Shown here: positions 35,751 through 44,101 of the stretch, piece after piece
How positions within the stretch are numbered: the stretch's first letter is position 1
Layout: every line of letters begins with the position of its first letter
DNA from: an uncultured Peptococcaceae bacterium
GTDB taxonomy: Bacteria > Bacillota > Peptococcia > Peptococcales > Peptococcaceae
Reading direction: 5' to 3'
NCBI GenBank assembly: GCA_902462325.1
Contig: CABQBF010000001.1
Coordinates: forward strand, 11,478-75,477
DNA: 64,000 bases
Translations under genes and position numbers: made by a program
The notes under the pieces: model-generated
Seen by the model: only the letters and a program-made list of their open reading frames with translations
Told to the model about the DNA's origin: nothing
Databases searched by the model: none

Positions 35751-36707
35751 ATGGATTTATTGAAACTTCAGGAAGAACTGAGAGAAAAAGCTCTGCAGAG
35801 ATCCAGAGCAGAAAAAGCTGCTAACAAAGCCAAAGCACCGGCTGCTGGCGCTGTAAAGGGCCCAATCATCGACTTCCGTTATCGTCCAAACACCAAAAGC
35901 ATTATCGGCGGCATTGCAGAAAGCCCAATTTTCCGTGCCGGTCTGATTGCCAACGGTGTAGATATTGATGAATTCTACAGCAGAGCAAGAACCATGCCAG
36001 AAATCATCGCCGACCTGAAAGAACACAACGTAATTAAAGCTGTTATCGTTGGTCGTGACGCGGAAACCACCTATGGTTACAAACCAAACAATCCAGAAAT
36101 TCGTCAGTTCGTGCAGGCTTGCCCAGAAATCTTCCTGGGTTACTACGGTGTAGACCCACATAAAGGCATGCAGGCTATCCGTGATTTAGACGCTGCTGTA
36201 AAAAGCGGCGACTTCCACGGCGCTGCCATGGACCCAATGTATGCCCAGTTGAAATCCAGTGATGCCAAAATGTATCCAGTTTATGCAAAATGCTGCGAAC
36301 TGAACATTCCAATCGTTATCACTGCTGGTCCAGCTCGTTATACCGCTAATACCGTTATGGATTACACCCATCCAAGCGAAATTGATATCGTAGCAAAAGA
36401 CTTCCCAGATTTGAAAATCATCATCAGCCATGGTGCATGGCCATTTGTAGATGAAATGATTGGCGTTACCTTCCGTAACAGAAATGTATTCCTGGAAATC
36501 TCCGAATACGAAGAATATCCAGGCGCAAGCGACTTCCTGGATGCAGCAAAAACCATTCTGAAAGACCAGATGTTGTTCGCCAGCGCTTGCCCATTCGTGC
36601 CATATCTGGAAGCTGCAGAAAAATACACCACTTACGGCTTTGACGCAGAAACCTACGAAAAAGTTATGTGGAAAAACGCTGCAAGAGTATTGGGTATGGA
36701 AGTATAA
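35751..36707 (+). CDS. divergent amidohydrolase-2 (PF04909/COG2159-like TIM-barrel) protein with an N-terminal encapsulation-peptide-like extension
   Basis: The family-like blocks are IIDFRYRP, VIKAVIVG, GVDPHKG, NIPIVITAG, FPDLKIIISHGAWP, MLFASACPF and WKNAARVLG. The N-terminus is MDLLKLQEELREKALQRS followed by an Ala/Lys/Pro linker. The ATG lies 9 nt after AAGGAG; the ORF-track TTG at 35730 is rejected. Confidence 0.65.
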   Translation: MDLLKLQEELREKALQRSRAEKAANKAKAPAAGAVKGPIIDFRYRPNTKSIIGGIAESPIFRAGLIANGVDIDEFYSRARTMPEIIADLKEHNVIKAVIVGRDAETTYGYKPNNPEIRQFVQACPEIFLGYYGVDPHKGMQAIRDLDAAVKSGDFHGAAMDPMYAQLKSSDAKMYPVYAKCCELNIPIVITAGPARYTANTVMDYTHPSEIDIVAKDFPDLKIIISHGAWPFVDEMIGVTFRNRNVFLEISEYEEYPGASDFLDAAKTILKDQMLFASACPFVPYLEAAEKYTTYGFDAETYEKVMWKNAARVLGMEV

Positions 36708-36751
36708 TACGATCTGCAACCAAGAAACAATTAAATTTTACATTGCGAGCA

Positions 36752-36779
36752 AAAGGACTCCTGCGGGAGTCCTTTTTTG
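36752..36779 (+). terminator. strong rho-independent terminator ending the BMC operon
   Basis: AAAGGACTCC-TGCG-GGAGTCCTTT followed by TTTT. Confidence 0.8.
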
Positions 36780-36941
36780 TTTTGTGTTCCCGTAAAATAT
36801 CCCAATAAAATTTATAGATGTTTCAAAGAAATATTTATAAATTTGACGAAAAAGATAGCGAAAATCATGCACGGAAATTCCATTTTTATGGTATGCTTAT
36901 ATTGTATCATAGATATTTTTGGTATAAAATGGGGTGAAAAC

Positions 36942-37184
36942 ATGAGATTAAAAGGCTTTGATGGACAGAGAAATATTTGCGGTCCCAAGATTAAAGAAGA
37001 ACGGATGAAACAAAAAATGACCCAGACCCAATTATCGGAATTGTTAAAGGCGTATCGGATAGACTTAAACCAGAAAGTGCTGAGTCAGATTGAATTACAA
37101 AAAAGACATGTCACCGAGTTTGAGTTTGTAGCCATAGCGCGCGCCTTGCAGGTAAATCCGCTCGATTTGGTAGACCTAGATTAG
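36942..37184 (+). CDS. XRE-family helix-turn-helix protein (80 aa)
   Basis: KIKEERMKQKMTQTQLSELL...SQIELQKRHVTEFEFVAIARALQVNPLDL is an HTH_3 pattern. The ORF-track start at 36777 is rejected. Confidence 0.7.
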   Translation: MRLKGFDGQRNICGPKIKEERMKQKMTQTQLSELLKAYRIDLNQKVLSQIELQKRHVTEFEFVAIARALQVNPLDLVDLD

Positions 37185-37201
37185 GGCTGTGCATAGCAGT
37201 A

Positions 37202-37302
37202 CTGTGGATAAAAAAGAAAATTATCCACAAGGAATAGCGAGTTTCCACATGAATGAACAGCTATCCACAGTGTTATGCACAAAACATATAGAAGTTATCC
37301 AC
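37202..37302. promoter_or_regulatory. cluster of six DnaA-box-like 9-mers in 100 bp
   Basis: The boxes are TGTGGATAA (37202-37210, perfect, reverse), TTATCCACA (37220-37228, perfect), GTTTCCACA (37240-37248), CTATCCACA (37260-37268), TTATGCACA (37272-37280) and TTATCCACA (37294-37302, perfect). Confidence 0.6.
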
Positions 37303-37367
37303 AGAACGGAAGGCGATAATGGGTAAACTAGTCTACAAAAAAATTAAAAATATCCAGATACTTCCTG

Positions 37368-37397
37368 CTTGACTTTCGGAAAAATTTTATGTTAAAA
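37368..37397 (+). promoter_or_regulatory. promoter TTGACT-18-TAAAAT with an extended -10 TG
   Basis: TTGACT at 37368-37373, TG at 37389-37390 and TAAAAT at 37392-37397. Confidence 0.55.
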
Positions 37398-37428
37398 TAT
37401 GTCTCGACTTGAATAAGAAAACGGCTAA

Positions 37429-37505
37429 CGACACACGTAAAGCTTGGCTTGTAAATCTGATTACGGAACCGCAAACAGATAAATGGCCGGGTTGACGTGT
37501 GTTTT
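37429..37505 (+). ncRNA. structured leader element: nested long hairpin followed by U5 (candidate attenuator, riboswitch domain or sRNA 3' end)
   Basis: ACACACGT (37430-37437) pairs with ACGTGTGT (37494-37501). The inner helices are CTTGGC/GCCGGG and ATCTG/CAGAT, followed by TTTTT. No known riboswitch class was recognised. Confidence 0.35.
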
Positions 37506-37532
37506 TACTGCGATTACTTTGTGTGGAAACGG

Positions 37533-37582
37533 GCGGCAGCCATTGGCCTTTCTTTACGGCCAGTGGGTGTCGTTTTCTTTTT
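37533..37582 (+). terminator. strong intrinsic terminator inside the 5' leader of the MFS-CBS gene
   Basis: CGGCAGCCATTGGCC / GGCCAGTGGGTGTCG forms a stem of about 14 bp, followed directly by TTTTCTTTTTT. It lies about 65 nt before the ATG at 37646. Confidence 0.65.
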
Positions 37583-37645
37583 TCTGACAAAAAGAAGGGA
37601 GCGTTTCTTTTGGAACAAAACAATTTTGCAGACAGTTCAATTCAG

Positions 37646-39498
37646 ATGGAGGTGGAGCAGAGTGTCGGGCGCAAGCCGGATCTGATGATTTTTGTGGCGG
37701 CGTTTTCCGCTTTTCTGGCTACGTTTAACGAAACCTTTTTAAACGTGGCGTTTACCTCTATCATGGCAGATTTAGGGGTGGGAGTTGCTACGGTACAATG
37801 GCTTTCGACAGCGTATATGCTGGGCGCGGCAGTTATGGTGCCCATCTCGGCTTTTCTATACCGCAGCATTCCCACCAAACGACTATATTTAATCACAGTG
37901 GGCTTTTTGGTAGCGGGCAGTGTAGTCTGCGGCTTAGCGCCAACCTTTGCGATTCTGCTGTTGGGCCGGATTATTCAGGCGCTGGGCACAGGGATGTTAA
38001 TTCCTATTGGTATGAATATCACATTGGAAGTAGCGCCAAAACGAAAATTAGGTACTTACATGGGCATTATGGGCGCTATGACAACCTTAGGCCCTTCCTC
38101 CAGCGTTATTCTGGCCGGATTAATTTTGGCCATTGCCGATTGGCATGCTATGCTTTGGTTCTTTTGTGCGCTGACTGTGCTCTGCATGATTTGCGGCGCC
38201 TGTCTATTGGATGATGTAGCCCATCTGACCCATCCTAAACTGGATTTTCTATCGGTTGTGGAAATCAGCTTGGCGCTGATTGGAATTTTGTATGGCATTT
38301 CCACCCTATTCTCAGGAAATTATCTGATAGCACTGGGGATCATGCTGATAGGCTTCCTATTTTTGGCCGCCTTTGTAAGTCGGCAGCAAAAGTTGGAACA
38401 GCCGTTAATTCATTTGCAGCCGTTAAAAGTAAAACCCTTTGCCGTTGGCGTTATCATCAATATGTTTTCACTGATTGTGATTTTTGCTATGAATATCGTA
38501 ACGCCGATGTTCTTGCAAAGTGGCTTGGGCATTTCAGCTTTTGCAGCGTCTATGACCTTATTTCCGGCCATTCTGCTGTCCTGCGTGATTTCTCCGCTGG
38601 CTGGTCGTATTTACGACAAGCATGGCGCCGGTATTTTACTGCCGTTAGGATTTTTATTGATTGGTGCAGCCAGTTTAGGTCTGGCGGCCGTTCATGTAAC
38701 AGGGAGTGTTATCTTCCTGGCGCTGTTGTATATTCCGGTAATTTGCGGTTCTGCGCTGATTATCGGGCCAGTACAGAGCTTGGCGCTGTCCTATTTGAGC
38801 TTTGAGCAAAATCCCCATGGCGTTACAGTAATGAGTACCGGCTTCCAAATTGCCGGCTGTATCGGTGCATCGTTATTCTCTGGAATTTACGCCATTTGTC
38901 AGCCGCCTAGCTACGGATTTACAGCGGTGTGTCTGTTGTCCACAGTATTTGCGGTGGCTGGCATTGGCTTGGCGCTGTATGAAAATCGGCTCAGCCGCAC
39001 TGTGGTGGTGGAAAAACCGAAACTGGCCGGAATTGGCGCTATTATGAAGGCCGAGCCTTATAGTATTTCTGCACAGGCCACCGCTTTAGATGCGCTGCAC
39101 TGTATGGTAGAGAAGAAAACCACCGGTTTGCCTGTTGTTGCCGCCGACGGCACTGTAAAAGGTTTTGTGTCGGATGGGGACATCATCCGCTATATGAATG
39201 GGAAAGAGAGCGAAGCCAGCGGCTTTGCTTCCATGTATCCGTTATGGCACAATACCGGAGCGCTGGATGACCGCTTATCGGCGCTGGCTAAATTCCCAGT
39301 ATTAGAAAACTGGCCACTGAGAAGGTTATCAGCATTGATGTGGCCGATGATATGCAGAGTCTGTTCCAGATTTTCTCCGACAAGCGCATCAAAAAAATTC
39401 CAGTGCTGCAGCAAGGTAAACTGGTTGGCGTTGTCAGTCGTTCCGATTTATTGCGGCAGTTGGTAGGAAAATCGCAAGTAAACAGCCAGCAGGCTTAG
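37646..39498 (+). pseudogene. MFS transporter fused to a C-terminal CBS-domain pair, interrupted by a -1 frameshift in an A-run (39306-39309)
   Basis: The MFS body (FNETFLNVAF...) and CBS1 are in frame 1. From about 39305 the next frame reads KLATEKVISIDVADDMQSLFQIFSDKRIKKIPVLQQGKLVGVVSRSDLLRQL..., a perfect CBS2, ending at 39498. Frame 1 gives a nonsense tail ending at 39466. Confidence 0.7.
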
Positions 39499-39530
39499 AT
39501 GCAGGGCAAGGACGTTGCTTCTAACCGTGT

Positions 39531-39569
39531 ACAACAAAGGGGTCGGTAAGTTGCCGACCCCTTTGTTGT
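39531..39569. terminator. 16-bp perfect hairpin terminator between convergent genes
   Basis: ACAACAAAGGGGTCGG-TAAGTTG-CCGACCCCTTTGTTGT. Confidence 0.75.
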
Positions 39570-39595
39570 ATATATAAAAAAGTATATTCAGCCAA

Positions 39596-39634
39596 TCAAA
39601 AAGTCCTACTTCCCGTTATGGAAAATAGGACTTT
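39596..39634 (-). terminator. rho-independent terminator of gltS (minus strand)
   Basis: AAAGTCCTA / TAGGACTTT stem. A plus-strand A-run at 39596-39600 gives the T-run on the minus strand. Confidence 0.6.
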
Positions 39635-39671
39635 TACTTATGAGATGATATTCACATTGATTAGAGGTCAA

Positions 39672-41114
39672 TTAGAATGGAGAATGACCATTGCTCTGTT
39701 CAAAACGGTCACAATCGTCAGATACATCGGGGCAAACCACAGGTGCCCGGAAACTGTAAGTCGGTTTGTTGATAGTGCCAACCAATTTCATTAATACGAT
39801 GTTGACGATGAATAATACAACGCCTACGCCCAGCAAGGTGAGGAAGCTGCCATTGCCGATACAGAATTCGACGATAAACGGCGCCACCAGAGTTCCAGGA
39901 ATCATAGCTGCGTTCATAGCGCCCATTTCAGTAGCAGCGGTGGTTTTCAGGTTAGGGTCAACGATACGAATTAAGGCAACGCCGCTAGGGCAGGTACCGG
40001 TTAAGCAACCCCATAAGCCCAGTGTACGTTCAAAGTCGCAAGTGCCGCCCAGACGAGAACCGAAGAACAGTGCAAAGCCCAAAGTAACAGCGCCAACCAC
40101 AACGCACATAACGAGAATTGGAATTAACCATTTGCCGATGACAGACATTTGTACTGCCATAAATGCGCCGACGATTAAGAAGTCGGTGGTGCAGCCAGTA
40201 ATTCTGGCTTGTAAAATATCGTCGTGATATTGTTTCAGATTTAATTTGCCTAATACCCATTTTACACCGTAAGCTACAAATAAACCTACGAAGAAGGTCA
40301 TAGAACCGATTGTTTTTACAAAGCTGACAGGTGCCAGCAAAATGAGCTTCTGTACATACAGTGTGATGACAAAGGTTAAGCCAACCAAGGCCATGTGGAA
40401 AGCCAAAACGTCAATGTTGCCATTGTAAGTAGTGATTTTCCCGCAGGTTTCTGTTTGCTGTTCGGGCGGATAAATCCCTTTTAATACAGCGGCGCTTAAT
40501 TTTTCCGGGTGAGAAGCCAATCCTTTTTTCAAACCCAGCTTAGCCAGCGGTACCCCGATTAAGAAAGCGAATACAAAGCCGATTACAGAATAGGTGATGG
40601 CAACCTGACCAGCGCCCGGCATAACACCGGCAGCTTCGATCTGTGCACCGAAAGAGGCAGATTGACCAGGTCCCTGACAGAAAGCAAATGGAATTAAAAC
40701 ACCATATTCGGCCGACATATCAAAGGGCTGGCCTAACAGCAGGATGCAGATATAACCAATGACTGGCTGTACAAGACAGTACAGAGCGCCCCACAATAAA
40801 CCCATACCCAAAGAGCCTTTTAACATCTGTTTTGCGGTATCACTGGAAGATTTCCCTTCTTCTTTTGGGGTTGCAGTTAACCCGATGGAGATAAAGGATA
40901 AGGTGAAGAAGAACCCAACAATGGTGTTGCACATATTTGCATCAACGCCTGTTGCCGTTGCAAAGCCCGGAATGTTCATTAAAACAAAGCCGACAAGCCC
41001 CCCAATTACGCTGGCTGGCATTAGAATGTTGGATAAAAACGGAACTTTGGCACGTAATATCATCCCTACCAGCAACATAATACCAATCCACGAAAATGCT
41101 ACCATTGCACTCAT
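39672..41114 (-). CDS. gltS: sodium/glutamate symporter (GltS/ESS family)
   Basis: 480 aa with a typical GltS N-terminus (IGIMLLVGMILRAKVPFLSNILMPASVIGGLVGF) and a 10-TM repeat architecture. Confidence 0.8.
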   Translation of the reverse strand: MSAMVAFSWIGIMLLVGMILRAKVPFLSNILMPASVIGGLVGFVLMNIPGFATATGVDANMCNTIVGFFFTLSFISIGLTATPKEEGKSSSDTAKQMLKGSLGMGLLWGALYCLVQPVIGYICILLLGQPFDMSAEYGVLIPFAFCQGPGQSASFGAQIEAAGVMPGAGQVAITYSVIGFVFAFLIGVPLAKLGLKKGLASHPEKLSAAVLKGIYPPEQQTETCGKITTYNGNIDVLAFHMALVGLTFVITLYVQKLILLAPVSFVKTIGSMTFFVGLFVAYGVKWVLGKLNLKQYHDDILQARITGCTTDFLIVGAFMAVQMSVIGKWLIPILVMCVVVGAVTLGFALFFGSRLGGTCDFERTLGLWGCLTGTCPSGVALIRIVDPNLKTTAATEMGAMNAAMIPGTLVAPFIVEFCIGNGSFLTLLGVGVVLFIVNIVLMKLVGTINKPTYSFRAPVVCPDVSDDCDRFEQSNGHSPF

Positions 41115-41602
41115 AATAAAACCCTCTTTCTAAAGAAATTTTGTTGCAGTTAAGTTGTTCGAGTTCTTTCACTAAATTCCTGTTTTTTCCAGAAAATACT
41201 TCCGAAGGATTTAAATAAAAGCTGAAATCAAAAGAAATGAAAGTGTTTTCTGTATACAAAAATAAGTTTTTCTAATTCGAACCATAACTTCTATCTGTAA
41301 CTATACACTAGAGAAAGGATAAAAACAAATATATGTTTATTTAAATTGTTTTGCTTAAATATTTATAAAATGTTATAATTTCAGTAAAAGATGCAATGAT
41401 AACAAAAAGAAAATGCGTCGAGCTGTAAAAAAATCTATACATTTCTTGTAAACATAAAAAAACAGCTATACAGTAAACGATGGATTGTATAGCTGCTATA
41501 TCTGGTATATAAAATGGGAGGAATTTACAATTAGCACGTTGTTAGAAATGTATACCTTTTCTGCAAGAAGCAAGAATTTGCATATTGAGGAACTGAGGAG
41601 GA

Positions 41603-42565
41603 TTGGCCGTGTTATTGTCCCAATTAAATTATTTTCGTGTAGTGGCGCGTTACCAGCATATCAGCCGTGCCGCGGAGGCGTTGATGGTGGCGCAGCCGGC
41701 GCTTAGCGCTACCATCAGCAAGCTGGAAAAAGAATTAGGCGTGCCCTTGTTTAACCGGCAGGGCCGCAATATTGAATTGAATGAGGCTGGACGACGTCTG
41801 CTGGTGCATGCCGACTTTGTTTTTGAACAGTTAGAAGCTATGGAGCAATCGTTGGCGCAAACAAAAGAGATTTTAGAAAATGAGTTTACCTTATCGGTCA
41901 GCAATAGTATGTTTCTCAATGGCTGGCTGCAGCAATTTGTGCTGGACAATCCTAAAATTCGCTTGCGCCAGAAAATGCTCAGTGAAAATCAAATGTTGGA
42001 AGCTCTATTGGAAGAATCTATCGATGTGGCGTTGGGAGAGTTCGACCAGGATATACCAGGCATCGTGCGCAAAACGATTGTAGAAGACGAATATGTCATC
42101 ACCATTCCCAAAGGGCATCCGTTGGCGGAAAAGCAGGAAATTTTCTTTGCCGATATTCAAAATGAAAATATTGTGGCGTTGCCGTCCAACACCATTTTTA
42201 AAATTGCGGACCGCATGTTTGCCCAGCGGGAGTGTAAGCCCAATGTTGTATTTGAAGGAAATCAACGTATGATGACGAAAATGATGCACTTGAACAGGGG
42301 CATTTTATTCGCTTCCCGGCAGATGCTATATATGCCCTATTTATCGAAAGACCGTTTTTTTAATGAGTTGCCGTCCTATGAGGTGATTGTACGTTCCATT
42401 GCCGATTTGGAATGCCACTATCATTTGGCGCTGTGTTGGAAAGAGGAACGGGAACTGCCGATGATGGCGCGCAAATTTATCGACGCTATGGAGCAGAGTT
42501 ACCCCAAATATCAACAGGATGAAGACTATCTGCATGCCAGTGCGGTCTATTATCCCAGCCTGTGA
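41603..42565 (+). CDS. LysR family transcriptional regulator
   Basis: LSQLNYFRVVARYQHISRAAEALMVAQPALSATISKLEKELG is a LysR HTH. TTG start after GAGGAGG. Confidence 0.8.
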   Translation: MAVLLSQLNYFRVVARYQHISRAAEALMVAQPALSATISKLEKELGVPLFNRQGRNIELNEAGRRLLVHADFVFEQLEAMEQSLAQTKEILENEFTLSVSNSMFLNGWLQQFVLDNPKIRLRQKMLSENQMLEALLEESIDVALGEFDQDIPGIVRKTIVEDEYVITIPKGHPLAEKQEIFFADIQNENIVALPSNTIFKIADRMFAQRECKPNVVFEGNQRMMTKMMHLNRGILFASRQMLYMPYLSKDRFFNELPSYEVIVRSIADLECHYHLALCWKEERELPMMARKFIDAMEQSYPKYQQDEDYLHASAVYYPSL

Positions 42566-42611
42566 TTTGGCGTGGCAATGCGCAAATATGAGATGCGAGA
42601 GAGGAACAGCT

Positions 42612-43493
42612 ATGAACTTATTGCAATTAGAATATTTTCAGGAGGTTGCCAAGGCCCAATCCATTACCAAGGCAGCAAAAATTTTGGGAATTTCCCAGTC
42701 GGCGTTAAGTATTATGATGAATAAATTGGAAACGGAGATTGGCTATCCGTTGTTCAGTCGGCAAGGCCGCAGCATAGCCATTACGCCCTACGGCAAAAAT
42801 GTATTGTATTATAGCTATATCTTACTGCATAAAATGGAGGATATTCAACGGGAGTTTCGAGAACTGCAGGGGCAGGAAATAGAAACCAAATTGGCACTGG
42901 GTGTGACTGACAGCAACTACTACGGCGACTGGCTTTTAGATTTGATGGAGCAATATCCTGGTATGCAGTTAAACGTGTTGCAGATGTCGCGGGAGGAAAT
43001 CTATGAGAACCTGTTGATTGGCACTTTGGATTTTGGCATTTCCAATGAAATGGAGTATCACGGACAATTAAACTCTCAGCTTTTGTTCAGCCAGCCCTAT
43101 CAGCTTTTGGTGCTGCAAGACCATCCCTTAGCCAAAAAAGGAACCATCACCATGGAAGAATTGACTCGGGAGCCGGTTATTTCCCTGCCGCCTTCTCACA
43201 AAGAGCGGATGATTGACAACTTGAGCGCCGATATGCATTTCCGTCCCAATATTATCTTTGAAGGCAATTCGGATATTATGGCAGAAATGTTTCATGCCGG
43301 CATTGGCAGCATTTTAACCTGCGCCCATAACCGCAAACAGTGGATGAAACTGTCGGCAGAATCCTATGCTCTGTTAGAAATCATGGGTACCAATTCCCGT
43401 TATGAAATGTATCTGCTGTGGTCTAAGCACCGCTATCTGTCCAAATGGGCGCGGATATTTCAAAACTATGTGTTTGAGTATTATCATGTTTAA
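42612..43493 (+). CDS. LysR family transcriptional regulator (tandem paralogue)
   Basis: MNLLQLEYFQEVAKAQSITKAAKILGISQSALSIMMNKLE. The ORF-track start at 42519 is rejected. Confidence 0.8.
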   Translation: MNLLQLEYFQEVAKAQSITKAAKILGISQSALSIMMNKLETEIGYPLFSRQGRSIAITPYGKNVLYYSYILLHKMEDIQREFRELQGQEIETKLALGVTDSNYYGDWLLDLMEQYPGMQLNVLQMSREEIYENLLIGTLDFGISNEMEYHGQLNSQLLFSQPYQLLVLQDHPLAKKGTITMEELTREPVISLPPSHKERMIDNLSADMHFRPNIIFEGNSDIMAEMFHAGIGSILTCAHNRKQWMKLSAESYALLEIMGTNSRYEMYLLWSKHRYLSKWARIFQNYVFEYYHV

Positions 43494-43594
43494 TAAGGTT
43501 TTATCAAGGTAGTTTGTGCATCAAATATTTTGCATAAAAAATGAGGTTTTACAGTATAATAATCATAATTTGTCAATGAGTAAATAAAAATGCA

Positions 43595-43630
43595 AAAGCG
43601 GGGAGCAGCCAACGACTACTCCCCGCTTTT
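43595..43630. terminator. bidirectional terminator hairpin
   Basis: AAAGCGGGGAG / CTCCCCGCTTT stem flanked by A- and T-runs. Confidence 0.75.
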
Positions 43631-43648
43631 GTTATAAATGTTGTCTCC

Positions 43649-44101
43649 TTATGATTTATTGATAGCGCTCTTTACCCAAACAAAAACTACGATTGCAGTT
43701 GCAATCAGTAATTCGGCGAGAATTACAGAAGCATTCCATATTTCAAAATAGAAATGTCCAATGAAATAAACCGCAAAAAATAGCAAATAAACGCCAACCG
43801 AATACATGACATTTTTAGAAAGATGGGTGCGTTTTTGTTCCCTGATCAACATTTGTTTCTGCTGCTGTTCCAAAATTTCTGTTTTGACCGATAATTCATC
43901 TATTTCCGATGGTTTTAACAGATAATCTACAGTAACGTCGAAGGCTTTGCTCAATTCAACAATCTTTTCTACTTCGGGTATAACCTGTCCACTTTCCCAT
44001 TTCGAAATAGACTGTCTTGAAACATTAAGCTGTTCAGCCAGTTGTTCCTGTGTCAAGTCTCTGCTTTTGCGTAGTGTTATAAGTTTTTCTGCGAACTCCA
44101 T
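43649..44101 (-). CDS. XRE-family HTH protein with a C-terminal two-TM membrane anchor
   Basis: [29 protein letters not shown] is an HTH_3 motif, and the C-terminus is hydrophobic. Confidence 0.7.
   Translation of the reverse strand: MEFAEKLITLRKSRDLTQEQLAEQLNVSRQSISKWESGQVIPEVEKIVELSKAFDVTVDYLLKPSEIDELSVKTEILEQQQKQMLIREQKRTHLSKNVMYSVGVYLLFFAVYFIGHFYFEIWNASVILAELLIATAIVVFVWVKSAINKS

Noticed and set aside
26073-36707. Possibility that the BMC operon is an ordinary eut or pdu operon, because of the EutS/EutP/EutJ/EutT/PduL/PduS/PduT-like genes.
   Set aside because: No EutB/EutC, EutA, PduCDE, PduGH or glycyl-radical enzyme/activase ORF is present on either strand of the operon or its flanks, so the names reflect shared accessory families only.
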